DNA of 64,000 nt from the human T2T-CHM13v2.0 reference genome, Homo sapiens (GCF_009914755.1 NC_060939.1); one strand, 5' to 3'. Shown: positions 40,401-53,300, numbered from the stretch's first letter. Translations and numbers: made by a program. Notes: generated from the letters alone by a model not told the origin.

Positions 40401-43400
40401 CACATAAAAACTAGACAGAAGAATGCTGAGAACCTTCTTTGTGATATGTGCATTTATCTCACAGATATAAACCTTTTTTTTGGTTGAGCAGTTTTAAAAC
40501 TCTCTTTTTGTAGGATCTGCAAGTGGACATTTGGAGTGCTTTGAGGCCTAAGGTGGAAAAGGGAATATGTTCACATAAAAACTAGACAAAATAATTCTGA
40601 GAAACTTCTTTGTGATGTGTGCGTTCATCTCACAGAGTTGAACCTTTCTTTTGATTGAGCAGTTTGTAAACACATTTCTTGTACAATCTGCATGTGGACA
40701 TTTGGAGCGATTTGAGGCCTATGGCACAAAAGGAAATATCTTCACATAAAATCTAGACACAAGCAATCTGAGAAACTTCTTTGTGATGTGTGCATTCATG
40801 TCACAGAGTTAAACCTTTCTTTTGATTGAGCAGTTTTGAAACACTCTTTTGTAGAATCTACAAGTGCAGATTAAGAAACCTTTGTGGCCTATTGTGAAAA
40901 ACGAAATACCTTCACATAAAAACTAGACAAAAGAATTCTGAGTAACTTCTTTGTGAAGCATGCATTCATCTCACAGAGTTGAACCTTTCTTTTGATTGAG
41001 CAGTTTAGAGACACCCTTTTGTAAAATCTCCCAGTGGACATTGGAGCACTTTGCGGCCTATGGTAGAAAAGGAAATACCTTCACGTAAAGTCTTGACAGA
41101 AGTCTGAGAAACTTCTTTGTGATGTGTGCATTCATCTCAAAGAGTGAAACCTTTCTTTTGATGGAGTAGTTTTGAAATTTTCTTTTTGTGGAATCTGCAT
41201 TTTCACATTGGGAGCGCTTTGAGGCCTAAGGTGGAAAAGGAAATATGTTCACATAAGAACTAGACAGAAGAATTCTGAGAAACTTCTTTGTGATATGTGC
41301 ATCTATCTCACAGAGTTAAACCTTTCTTTTGCTTGAGCACTTTTGAAAGTCTCTTTCTATAGGATCTGCAAGTGGATATTTGGAGTACTTTGAGGCCCAT
41401 GGTGGAAAAGGAAATATCTTAAAATAAAAAATAGGCAGAAGAATTCTGAGAAACTTCTTTGTGATGTGTGTGCTCATCTTACAAAGTTGAACCTTTCCTT
41501 CGATTGGGCAGTTTGGAATCACTCTTTTTGTAGAATCTGCAATTGGACGTTTGGAGGGCTTTGCGGCCTATGGTAGAAAAGGGAAAATCTTCACAGAAAA
41601 TCTAGCAGAAGCAATCTGAGAAACTCCTTGGAGATGTGTGCATTCATCCCACAGAGATAAAACTTTCTTTTGATTGAGCAGTTTTGAAACTCTCTTTTTG
41701 TAGAATCTGCAAGTGGTCATTTGGAGTTCTTGGAGGCCTATGGTGGAAAAGGAAATATCTTCACATAAAATCTAGACAAAAGCAATCTGGGAAACTACTT
41801 TGTGATGTGTGCATTCATCTCACAGAGTTAAACTTTTCTTTTCATTGAGCAATTTTGAAATTCTCTTTCTGTAGAATCTGCAAGTGGACATTTGGAGCGC
41901 TTTCAGGTCTATGGTGGAAAAGGATATATCTTCACATAAATACTAGACAGAAGAATTCTGAGAAACTTCTTGGTGATGTGTGCATTCATCTCACAGAGTA
42001 GAACCTTTCTTTTGACTGAGCAGCTTGGAAACACTCTTTTTGTAGAATCTGCACTTGGACATTTGGAGCTCTTTGCAGCCTATGGTAGTAAAAAAAAATC
42101 TTCACATAAAATCTAGACAGAAGCAATCTGATAAACTTCTTTGAGATGTGTGCATTCAACTCACAGAGTTAAACTTTTTTTTTTTTGATTGAGCAGTTTG
42201 GAAACTCTCTTTTTGTAGAATCTGCAAGCAGACATTTGGAGTAGTTTGAGGCCTATGGTTGAAAAGGAAATATCTTCACATAAAAACAAGACAGAAGAAT
42301 TATGAGAAACCGCTTTGTGATGTGTGAATTCCTCTCATGTAGTTGCAACTTTCTTTTGATTTAGCAGTATGGAGACACTCTTTTTGTAGAATCTGCAAGT
42401 GGATATTTGAAGCGCTTTGAGGCCCATGGTGGAAAAGGAAATATCTTAAAATAAAAAATAGGCAGAAGAATTCTGAGAAACTTCTTTGTGATGTGTGCGT
42501 TCATCTCACAAAGTTGAACCTTTCCTTCGATTGAGCAGTTTGGAAACACTCTTTTTGTAGAATCTGCAAGTGGACGTTTGGAGCGCTTTGTGGCCTATGG
42601 TAGAAAAGGAAAAATCTTCACGTAAAATCTAGACAGAAGCAATCTGAGAAACTTCTTTGAGATGTGTGCATTCATCCCACAGAGTGAAAACTTTCTTTTG
42701 ATTGAGCAGTTTTGAAACTCTCTTTTTGTAGAATCTGCAAGTGGACATTTGGAGTACTTGGAGGCCTACGGTGGAAAAGGAAATATCTTCACAAAAAAAC
42801 TAGATAGAAGAATTCTGAGAAACCTCTTTGTGATGTGTGCATTTATCTCACAGAGTTGAACCTTTCTTTTGATTGAGCAGAATTGAAACAATGTTTTTGT
42901 AGAATCTACAAATGCATATTTGGAGTGTTTGGGGCCAATGGCCGAAAAGGAAATATCTTCACATAAAATCTAGACAAAAGCAATCTGGGAAACTTCTTTT
43001 TGATGTGTGCATTCATCTCACAGAGTTAAACCTTTCTTTTGATTGAGCAGTTTTGGAATTCTCTTTCTGAAGAATGTGCAAGTGGACATTTGGAGTGCTT
43101 TGAGGTCTATGGTGGAAAAGAAAATATCTTCACATAAATACTAGACAGAAGAATTCTGAGAAACTTCTTTGTGTTGTGTGCGTTTATCTCACAGAGTTGA
43201 ACCTTTCTTTTGATAGAGCAGTTTGGAAACACTTTTTTTGTAGAATCTGCAAGTGGACATTTGGTTCACCTTTTGGCCTGGGTTAGAAAATGAAATACCT
43301 TCACATAAAATCTAGACAGAAGCAATCTGAGAAACTACTTTGTGGTGTGTGCATTCATCTCACAGTGTTAAATATTTCTTTTCATTGAGGAGTTTTCAGG

Positions 43401-44323
43401 CTCCCTTTCTGTAGAATATGCAAGTGGACATTTGAGGTGCTTTGTGGAATACGGTGGAAAACGAAATATCTTCACATAAAAACTAGATAGAAGAATTCTG
43501 AGAAACTTCCCTGTTATGTTTAGGTACATCTCACCGAGTTGAACCTTTGTTTTGATTCAGCATTTTGGAAACAATCTTTTAGTAGATTCTGCAAGTGGAC
43601 ATTTGGAGCGCTTTGTGGCCTATGTCAGAAAAGGTAAGATCCTCACATAAAATCTAGACAGAAGCAATCTGAGAAACTCCTTTGTGATGTGTGCATTAAC
43701 CTCAAAGAGTTAAAACTTTCCTTTGATTGAGGAGATTCAAAGCTCTCTTTTTGTAGAGTCTGCAAGTTTACATTTGGAGCACTTTGAGGACCATGGTGGA
43801 AAAGGAAATAACATAAAAACTAGGCAGAAGAATTCTGAGAAACTTCTTGGTGATGTGTGCATTCATCTCGCAGAGTAGAATCTTTCCTTTGACTGAGCAG
43901 TTTGGAAACACTCTTTTTGTAGAATCTGCTATTGGACATTTGGAGCGCTTTGCAGCCTATGGTAGTAAAAAAGAAAATCTTCACAAAAAATCTAGACAGA
44001 AGCAATCTGATAAACTTCTTTGAGATGTGTGCATTCAATTCACAGAATTAAACCTTTTTTGTGATTGTGCATCTTGGAAACTCTCTTTTTGTAGAAGCCG
44101 CAAGCAGACATTTGGAGTACTTTGAGGCATATGATGAAAAAGGAAATATCTTCACATAAAAAAAAGACAGAAGAATTCTGAGAAACAGCTTTGTGATGTG
44201 TGCATTCCTCTCACGGATTTGAAACTTTCTTTTTATTGAGCAGTATGGTGACACTGTTTTTGTAGAATATGTAAGTGGACATTTGGAGCACTTTGAGGTC
44301 CATGGTGGAAAAGAAAATATCTT
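34425..44323 (+). repeat. Alpha satellite, divergent A-box type; layer 2
   Basis: Signature ctgcaagtggacatttggagc...ggtggaaaagg. From ~36.8 kb, monomers largely alternate aaaactagacagaagaattc and aaatctagacagaagcaatc. Confidence 0.97.
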
Positions 44324-44772
44324 TTTTTCTTTTATTATACTTTAAGTTTTAAGGTACATGTGCACATTGTGCAGGTTAGTTACATATGTATACATGTGCC
44401 ATGCTGGTGCACTGCACTCACTAACTCGTCATCTAGCATTAGGTATATCTCCCAATGCTATCCCTCCCCACTCCCCCAACCCCACCACAGTCCCCAGAGT
44501 GTGATATTCCCCTTCCTGTGTCCATGTGACCTCATTGTTCAGTTCCCACCTATGAGTGAGAATATGCAGTGTTAGGTTTTTTGTTCTTGCGATAGTTTAC
44601 TGAGAATGATGATTTCCAATTTCATCCATGTCCCTACAAAGGACATGAACTCATCATTTTTCATGGCTGCATAGTATTCCATGGTGTATATGTGCCACAT
44701 TTTCTTAATCCAGTCTATCATTGTTGGACATTTGGGTTGGTTCCAAGTCTTTGCTATTGTGAATAATGCCAC
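44324..44772 (-). mobile_element. L1PA2-like 3' end (~450 bp), 5'-truncated
   Basis: Poly-T, then ttatactttaagtttt..gtacatgtgcacattgtgcaggttagttac...ctaactcgtcatctagcattagg (= gctagatgacgagttag on the sense strand). Encodes ALFTIAKTWNQPKCPTMIDWIKKMWHIYTMEYYAA. Confidence 0.94.
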
Positions 44773-44926
44773 CCCTTCCTCCCTCACCGCTCCATGTGCA
44801 TCCCTCCTGAAGCTGTGCACTCGGTCGAAGAGGATGACCATCCCCAATAGAAGAGGACCGGTCTTCAGTCAAAGGTATACGAGTAGCTGAGCTCCCCTGG
44901 TAGAACCTCCAAACAAGTTCTCAAGG
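44772..44926 (+). pseudogene. RN7SK: 7SK snRNA retropseudogene fragment (RN7SK nt ~87-241; 5'- and 3'-truncated, tailless)
   Basis: ccccttcctccctcaccgctccatgtgc.tccctcc.gaagctg.gc.ctcggtcgaagagga.gaccatcccc.atag..gaggaccggtcttc.gtcaa.ggtatacgagtagctg.gctcccctg.tagaacctccaaacaag.tctcaagg aligns without gaps to 7SK as I recall it: 12 mismatches in 155 nt, 7 of them CpG transitions. Confidence 0.95.
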
Positions 44927-47328
44927 AAATATTTAAAATAAAAAATAGGCAGAAGAATTCTGAGAAACTTGTTTGTGACGTGTGCATTCATCTCACAAAG
45001 TTCAACCTTTCCTTTGATTGAGCAGTTTAGAAACACTCTTTTTGTAGAATCTGCAATTGGACATTTGGAGCGCTTTGCAGCCTATGGTATAAAAGGAAAA
45101 ACCTTCACATAAAATCCAGACAGAAGCAATCTGAGAAACTTTTTTAAGATGTGTGCATTCATCCCACAGAGTTAAACCTTTCTTTTGATTGAGCAGTTTT
45201 GAAACTCTCTTTTTGTAGAATCTGCAAGTGGCCATTTGGAGTACTTGGAGGCCTATGGTGGAAAAGGAAATATCTTCACATAAAAACTAGAGAGAAGAAT
45301 TCTGAGAAACCTGTTTGTGATGTGTGCATTTATCTCATGGAGTTGAATCTTTCTTTTGATTGAGAAGCATGGGGACACTGTTTTTGTAGAATCTGCAAGT
45401 GGACATTTGTAACACTTTGCATCCTATGGCGGAATAGGAAATGTCTTCACCTAAAATCTAGACAAAAGCAATCTGAGAAAATTTTGTGATGTGTGCATTC
45501 ATCTCACAGAGTTAAAATTTTCTTTTGATCGAGCAGTTCTGAAACTCTCTTTTTGTAGAATCTGCAAGTGGCCATTTGGAGTACTTTGAGGCCTATGGTG
45601 GAAAAGGAAATATCTTCACATAAAAAATAGGCAGAAGAATTCTTAGAAACTTCTTTGTGATGTGTGCATTCATCCCACAAAGTTGAACCTTTATTTTCTT
45701 GAGCAGTATGGAAACAGTATTTTTGTCAAAGCTGCTAGTGGATTTTGGAGAGCTTTGCAGTTCATTGAATAAAAAAAAGTATCTTCACATTAAATCAAGA
45801 CAGAAGCAATCTGAGAAAGTACTTTGTGATGTGTGCATTCATCTCACAGAGTTATAATTGTCTTTTCATTGAGCAATTTTGAAACTCTCTCCTTGAAGAA
45901 TCAGTAAGTGGACGTTTGGAGTGCCTTGAGGCCTATGATGGAAAAGGAAATATCTTCACATAAACACTAGACAGTAGATTTCTGAGAAACTTCTTTCTGA
46001 TGTGTGCATTCACCTCAAAAATTTAAACATTTCTTTTGATTGGGAGTTTTGAAACTCTCTTTTTGTAGAATCTGCAAATGGACATTTGGAGAGCTTGGAT
46101 GCTTATGATGGTAAAGAATATATCTTCAAATAAAAACTAGGTAGAAGAATCCTGAGAAACTTCTTTGTGGTGCGTGCGATCGTTTTTAGGCCTATGGTGG
46201 AAAAGGAAATATCTTCACATAAAAACTAGACAGAAGATTTCTGAAAAACTTCTTTGTGATGCTGGCGTTCATCTCACACAGTTGAATCTTTCCTTTGATT
46301 TAGCAGTTTGGAAACACTCTTTTTGTAGATTCTGCAAGTGGACATTTGGAGCACCTTCCAGCCTAAGATAGAAAACGAAATATCTTTACATAAAATCTAG
46401 ACAGAAGCAATATGAGAAACTTCTTAGTGAAGTGTTCATTCACCTCAAGGAGTTAAACCTTCTTTTTATTGAGGAGGTTTGAAACTCTCCTTTCATAGAA
46501 TCTTCAAGTGGACATTTGGAGGGCTTTGAGGACCATTGTGGAAAGGAAATATCTTCACATAAAAACTAGACAGAAGAATTCTGAAAAACTTCTTTGTGAT
46601 GTGTGCATTCATCTCACAGAGTTAAACATTTCTTTTGATTGAGGAATTTTGAAACTCTCTTTTTGTAGATCTGAAATTGGATATTTTGAACACTTTGAGG
46701 CCTATAGTGGGAAAGGAAATATCTTCACATAAAAACTAGACAGAAGAATTCTGAGAAACTTCTTTGTGATGTGTGCATTCATCTCACAGAGTTGAACCTT
46801 CCTTTTGATTGAGCAGTTTGGAAATACTCTTTTTGTAGAACCTGCAAGTGGACATTTTGTGTGCTTTGCAGCCTATGTTATAAGAAAAATATCTTCACAT
46901 AAAATCTAGACTGAAGCAATCTGACAAAATACTTTGTAATGTGTGCATTCGTCTCACAGAGTTAAACCTTTCTTTTGATTGAGCAGTTTTGAAACTCTCT
47001 TTTTGTAGAATCTGCAAGTGGACATTTGGAGTCCTTTGAAGCCTATGGTGGAAAAAGAACTATCTTCACATAAAAACTAGACAGAAGAATTCTGAGAAAC
47101 TTCTCTTTGATGCGTGCATTCATCTCACTGAGTTGATCCTTTCTTTTGATTCAGCAGTTTGGAAACACTCTTTTTGTAGAATCTGTATGTGGACATTTGG
47201 AAGGCTTTGCTGCCTATCTTAGAAAAGGAAATATCTTCACATAGAATGTAGACAGAAGCAATCTGAGAAACTTCTTTGTGATGTGTGCATTCATCTCACA
47301 GAGTTAAACCTCTCATTTGTTTGAGCAG
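44923..47328 (+). repeat. Alpha satellite, layer 2 continued
   Basis: Resumes in register at aaggaaatatttaaaataaaaaataggcagaag and ends at ttgagcag (47328). Confidence 0.96.
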
Positions 47329-47338
47329 GCTCTCCCCA

Positions 47339-50300
47339 GTGAGTTGAATGCACACACCACAAAGAAGTTTCTCAGAATGTTTCTGTGTAGTTTTTATTTG
47401 AAGATATTTCCTTTTCCACAATAGGCCTCAAAGCTCTCCAAATATCCACTTGCTAATTCTTCAAAAAGATTGCTTCAACACTGCTCTATAAAAAGGAAGT
47501 TTCAACTCCATTAGATGACTGCACACATCACAAAGAAGTTTCTCAGAATGGCTCTGCGTAGTTTTTATATGAAGATATTTCCTTTTCCACAATAGGCTTC
47601 AAAGGGCTCCAATTACCTACTTGCAGAATCTTCAAAAAGAGTGTTTCAGAAGTGCTCAATCAAAAGAAAAGTTAAAATCCGTGAGATGAATGCATACATC
47701 ACAAAGAAGCTTCTCAGAATACTTCTGTCTTGTTTTTATGTGAAGATATTTGATTCTCCACTGTAGGCAACAAGGCACTCCACATATCCACTTTCAGATT
47801 CTATAAAAAGGTGTTTTGAAACTGCTCAATCATAAGATAGGTTCAACCTTGTGAGATGAATGCACACATCACAAAGTAGTTTCTCAGAATGTTTTTATGT
47901 AGTTTTTATTTGAAGATATTTCCTTTCCCACCATTGGCCACAAAAAGCTCCAAACTTCCACTTGCAGATTCTACAAAAAGAGAGATTCAAAACTGTTCAA
48001 TCAAAAGATAGTTTCAACTCTGCGTGTTGAATGCACACATCACAAAGAAGCTTCTGTGTTGTGTTTGTTTATGTGAAGATATTTGCTTTTCCACTACAGG
48101 GCGAAATAGGGCTCCAAATATCCACCTGCAGATTCTGCAAAAAGGGAGATTCAAAACTGCGCAATCAAAAGATATGTTCAACTATGTGAGTTGAATGCAC
48201 ACAAAACGAAGTTTCTCAGAATGCCTCTGTGTAGCTTTTATGTGAAGATATTTGATTTTCCACAGTAGGCCTCAAAGGGCTCCAAATATCCACTTTCAGA
48301 TTCTGAAATAAGAGAGATTCAAAACTGCTCAATCAAATAATAGGTTCAACTCTGTGAGTTGAATGCACACCTCACAAATAAGTTTCTCATAAAGTTTCTG
48401 TGTAGTTTTTATGTGAAGATATCTCCTTCTCCAAAATAGGCCTCAAAGACCTCCAAATGTGCACTTCCAGATTCTATGAAAAGAGTGTTTCAAAACTGCT
48501 CAATCCAAAGAAATATTCAACACTGTGTGGTGAATGCACTCATCACAAAGAAGTTTCTCTGAATGCTTCTGTGTATTTTGTATTTGAAGATATTTCCTTT
48601 TCCACCATAGGGCTCATAGGGCTCCAAATATCCACTTGCAGATTCTATAAAAAGAAAGATTCTAAACTGCTCTATCAAAAGATAGTTTCAGCTCTGAGTT
48701 GAATGCACACTTCACAAAGAAGTTTCTCAGAATGCTTCTGTGTAGTTTTTAGGGGAAGATATTTCCGTTTCCACTATAGGCCTCAAATAGCTCCAAATAT
48801 CCACTTGAACAATCTACAAAAAGAGTGTTTCAAAACTGCTTAATCAAAAGAAACGTTCAACACTTTGAGATGAATGCACACGTCACAAAGAAGTTTCTCA
48901 GAATGTTTCTGTGTAGTTTTTATGTTAAGATATTTGCTTTTCCACGGAAGGCCTCAAAGTGCTCCAAATATCCACTTGCAGATTCTACAAAAACAGTGTT
49001 CCAAAACTGCTCAATCAAAAGAAACGTCCAACACTGTGAGATGAATGCACACATCACAAAGTAGTTTCTCAGAACCCTTCTGTGTAGTTTTTATGTGAAG
49101 ATATTTGCTTTTCCATGGAAGGTCTCAAAGCGCTCCAAATATCCACTTGCAGATTCTACAAAATGAGTGTTTCAAAACTGCTCAATCATTAGATAGGTTC
49201 AACCCTGTGAGAAGAATGCACACATAACAAAGTAGTTTTTCAGAATGCTTCTATGTAGTTTTTATTTGAAGGTATTTCCTTTTCCACCATAGGTCGCAAG
49301 GGGCTCCAAATATCCACTTGCAGATTCTACAAAAAGAGAGATTCTAAACTGCACAATCAACAGATAGGTTCAACTCTGTGAGTTGAATGCACACATCACA
49401 AAGTAATTTCTCAGAATGGTTCTGTTTAGTTTTTATGTGAAGATATTTGCTTTTCCATAGTAAGCCTCAAAGGTCTCCAAATATCCACTTGGAGAATCTG
49501 CAAAAAGAGAGTTTCAAAACTCCTCATTCAAAAGATAAGTTCAACTCTGTGAGTTGAATGCACACATCACAAAATAGTTTCTCAGGATGCTTCTGTGTAG
49601 TTTTTATGTGAAGATATTTGATTTTCCACATTAGGCCTCAAAGTGCTCCAAATATCCACTTGCAGATTCTGCAAAAAGAGAGATTAAAAACTGCTCAGTC
49701 CAAAGATTGGTTCAGCTCTGTGAGATAAATGCACACCTTTCAAAGAAGTTTCTCAGAATGCTTCTGTGTAGTTTTTATGTGAAGATATCTCCTTCTCCAA
49801 AATAGGCCTCAAATGCTCCAAATATCCACTTCCAGATTCTATGAAAAGAGTGATTCAAAACTGTTCTCTCCAAAGAAAGTTTCAACTCTGTGTGATGAAT
49901 GCACTCATAACAAAGAAGTTTCTCTGTATCTTTTGTGTATTTTTTATTTAAAGATATTTCCTTTTCCACCATAGGGCTCATATGGCTCAAAATATCCACT
50001 TGCAGATTCTGCAAAAACAGGGATTCTAAACAGCTCAATCAAAAGAGAGGTTCAACACTGTCAGTTGAATGCACACATCACAAAGAAGTTTTCAGAATGC
50101 TTCTGTATAGTTTTTATGTGAACATATATCCTTTTCCACCATAGGCCTCAAATGGTTCCAAATATCCCGTTGCAGTTTCTACAAAAAGAGAGCTTCAAAC
50201 CAGCTCCATCGAAAGATATGTTCAACTCTGTGAGTTGAATGCACACATCACAAAGAAGTTTCTCAGAATGTTTCTGTGGAGTTTTTATTTGAAGATATTT

Positions 50301-53300
50301 TCTTTTCCACAATAGGCCTCAAATCTCTCCAAATATCCACTCACAGATTCTGCACAAAGAGAGATTCAAAACTGCTCAATCAAAAGATATGTCCAACACT
50401 TTGAGTTGAATGCACACCTCACAAAGAAGTTTCTCATAATTCTTCTGTGTAGTTTTTATGTGAAGATATCTCCTCCTCCAAAATAGGCCTCAAAGCCCTC
50501 CAAATATCCACTTCCACATTCTACAAAGAGTGTTTAAAAGCTTCTCAATCCAAGGAAAGGTTCAACTCTGTGAGTTGAATGCACACATAACCAAGAAGTT
50601 TCTCAGAATGCTTCTGTGTGGTTTTTATCTGAAAATATTTGCTTTTCCATGGTAGGCCTCAAAGCCAAATATCCACTAGCTGATTATTCAAAGAGTGTTT
50701 TAAAACTGCTCAATCATAAGATAGGTTCAACCCTGAGAGATGAATGCACACATCAAAAAGATGTTTCTCAGAATGCTTCTGTATAGCTTTTAGTTGAGGA
50801 TATTTCCTTTTCCACCATAGGCCACAAAGGTCTCCAAATATCCACTTTCAGATTCTACAAAAAGAGAGATTAAAAACTGCTCAATCAAAAGATAAGTTCA
50901 ACTCTGTGAGTTGAATGCACACATCACACAGAAGTTTCTAAGAAGGCTTCCATGGAGTGTTTACGTGAAGATATTTGCTTTTCCACAGTAGGCCTCAAAC
51001 GGCTCCAAATATCCACTTGCAGATTCTGCAAAAAGAGAGATTCAAAACTGCTCAATTAAAACATAGGCTCAACTCTGTGAGTTAAACGCACACATGACAA
51101 AGCACATTCTCAGAATACTTCTGTGAAGTTTTTAGGTGAAGATATTTTCTTTTCAAAAATAGACCACAAATCCCTCCAAATATCTACTTCCAGATTCTAC
51201 AAAAAGAGTGTTTCAAAACTGCTGAATCAATGAAAGGTTCCACTCTGTTTGATGAATGCACTCTTCACAAAGAAGTTTCTCTGAATGATTCTGTGTAGTT
51301 TTTATTTGAAGATATTTCCTTTTCCACCATAGGGCACAAAAGGCTCCAAATACCCACTTGCAGATTCTACAAAAAGAGAGATTCAAAACTGCTCAATCAA
51401 AAGATAGGTTCAACTGTGTGAGTTGAATGCACACATCACAGAGTAGTTTCTCAGAATGCTTTTGTGTAGTTTTTATGTGAAGATTCTACGTTTTCCACAG
51501 TAGGCATCAAATCGCTCTAGATATAGACTTACAGATTCTTAAAAAAGAGTGTTTCAAAACTGCTCAATCAAAAGAAAGTTTCAACTGTGTCAGATGAATG
51601 CACACATCACAAAGGAGTTTCTAAGAATGTTTCCGTGTAGTGTTTATGTGAAGATATTTGCTTTTCCACTGTAGGCCTCAAAGCGCTCCAAATATCCACT
51701 TGCAGATTCTACAAAAATAGTGTTTCAAAACTGCTCAATCAAAAGAAAGGTTCAACTCTGTGGGATGAATGCACACATCACAAAGCAGTTTCTCAGAATG
51801 CTTCTGTGTAGTTTTTATGTGAAGATATTTCCTTTTCCACGGTAGGCCCCAATGTGCTGCAAATATACACTTGCATATTCTACAAAAAGAGTGGTTCTAA
51901 ACTGCTAAATCATAAGATAGGTTCAACCCTGTGAGATGAATGCACACATCACAAAGATGTTTCTCAGAATGCTTCTGTGTAGTTTTTATGTGAAGATTTT
52001 TTTCCATGATAGGCCTCCTTGCGCTCTGAATATCCACTTGCAGATTCTACAAAAAGAGAGATTCAAAACTGCTCAATCAAAAAATAGGTTCAACTCTGTG
52101 AATTGAATGCACACATCACAAAGAAGTTTCTCAGAATGCTTCTGTGTAGTTTTTATTTGAAGATATTTTCTTTTCCACAATAGGCCTCAAAGCTCTCCAA
52201 ATATCCACTTGCAGATTCTACAAAAAGAGAGATTCAAAACTGCTCAATGAAAAGATACATTCAACTCTGTGAGTTGAATGCACACCTCACAAAGAAGTTT
52301 CTCAGAATGCTTCTGTGTAGTTTTCATGTGAAGACATTTCGTTTTCCACACTAGGCCTCAAAGCTCTAAAATATCCCCTTGCAGATTCTGCAAAATGAGT
52401 GTTTCAAAACTGCTCAATCAAACGAACAGTTCAACTCTGCGTGATGAATGCACTCACCACAAGGGAGTTTCTCTGAATGCTTCTGTGTATTATTTATATG
52501 AAAATATTTCCTTTTCCACCATGATCCGCAAAGGGCTCCAAATATCCACTTGCAGATTCTACAAAAAGAGAGTTTCAAAACTGCTCTATCAAGGCACATG
52601 TTCAAATCTCTGATATGAAAGCACACATCACAAAGAAATTTCTCAGAATGCCTCTTTGTAGTTTTTATGTGAAGATATTTCCTTTTACGCAATAGATCTC
52701 AAAGCGCTCCATGTATCCACTTGCAGATACTACAAAAAGAGTGTTTCCAAACTGCTCAATCAAAAGAGAGATTTCACTCTGTGAGATGAATGCACACATC
52801 ACAAAGAAGATTCACAGAATGTCTCTGTGTAGTTTTTATGTGAAGATATTTCCTTTTCCACTGTAGGCCTCAAAGCGCTTCACATATCCACTTGCAGGTT
52901 CTACAAAAAGAGTGTTTCAAAACTGCTCAATAAAAAGAAAGGTTCAACTCTGTGAGATGAATGCACACATCACAAAGAAGTTTCTCAGAATGCTTCTGTG
53001 TAGTTTTTATGCTGAAGATATTTCCTTTTCCACAATAGGCCTCAAAGCTCTCCAAGTATCCACTTGCAGATTTTAATAAAGTAGAGTTTCCAAACTGCTC
53101 AATCAAAAGAGAGGTTCAGATCTGTGAGATGAATGCCCACATCACAAAGAAGTTTCTCAGAATGCTTCTGTGTAGTTTTTATGAGATGATATTTCCTTTT
53201 CCAACATGAGCCACAAAGGGCTCCAAATGTCCACTTGCAGATCCTACATAAAAAGAGTATCAAAACTGCTCAATAAAAGGAAAGGTTCAACTCTGTGAGA

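Noticed and set aside
44572-44890. Chimeric 7SK/L1 ORFs on both strands
   Set aside because: Short chance fusions across the junction with no promoter or other support.
44772-44926. Functional 7SK gene
   Set aside because: Lacks nt 1-86, the 3' hairpin and U-tract, and any upstream Pol III promoter; CpGs have decayed. It is a pseudogene fragment.
47283-47355. Fold-back palindrome at the inversion junctions (39-nt loop here, ~80-nt loop at 3590)
   Set aside because: Any inversion in a 171-bp repeat gives a short in-register loop. The arms are ordinary divergent monomers (different layers at 47.3 kb), not copies of each other.
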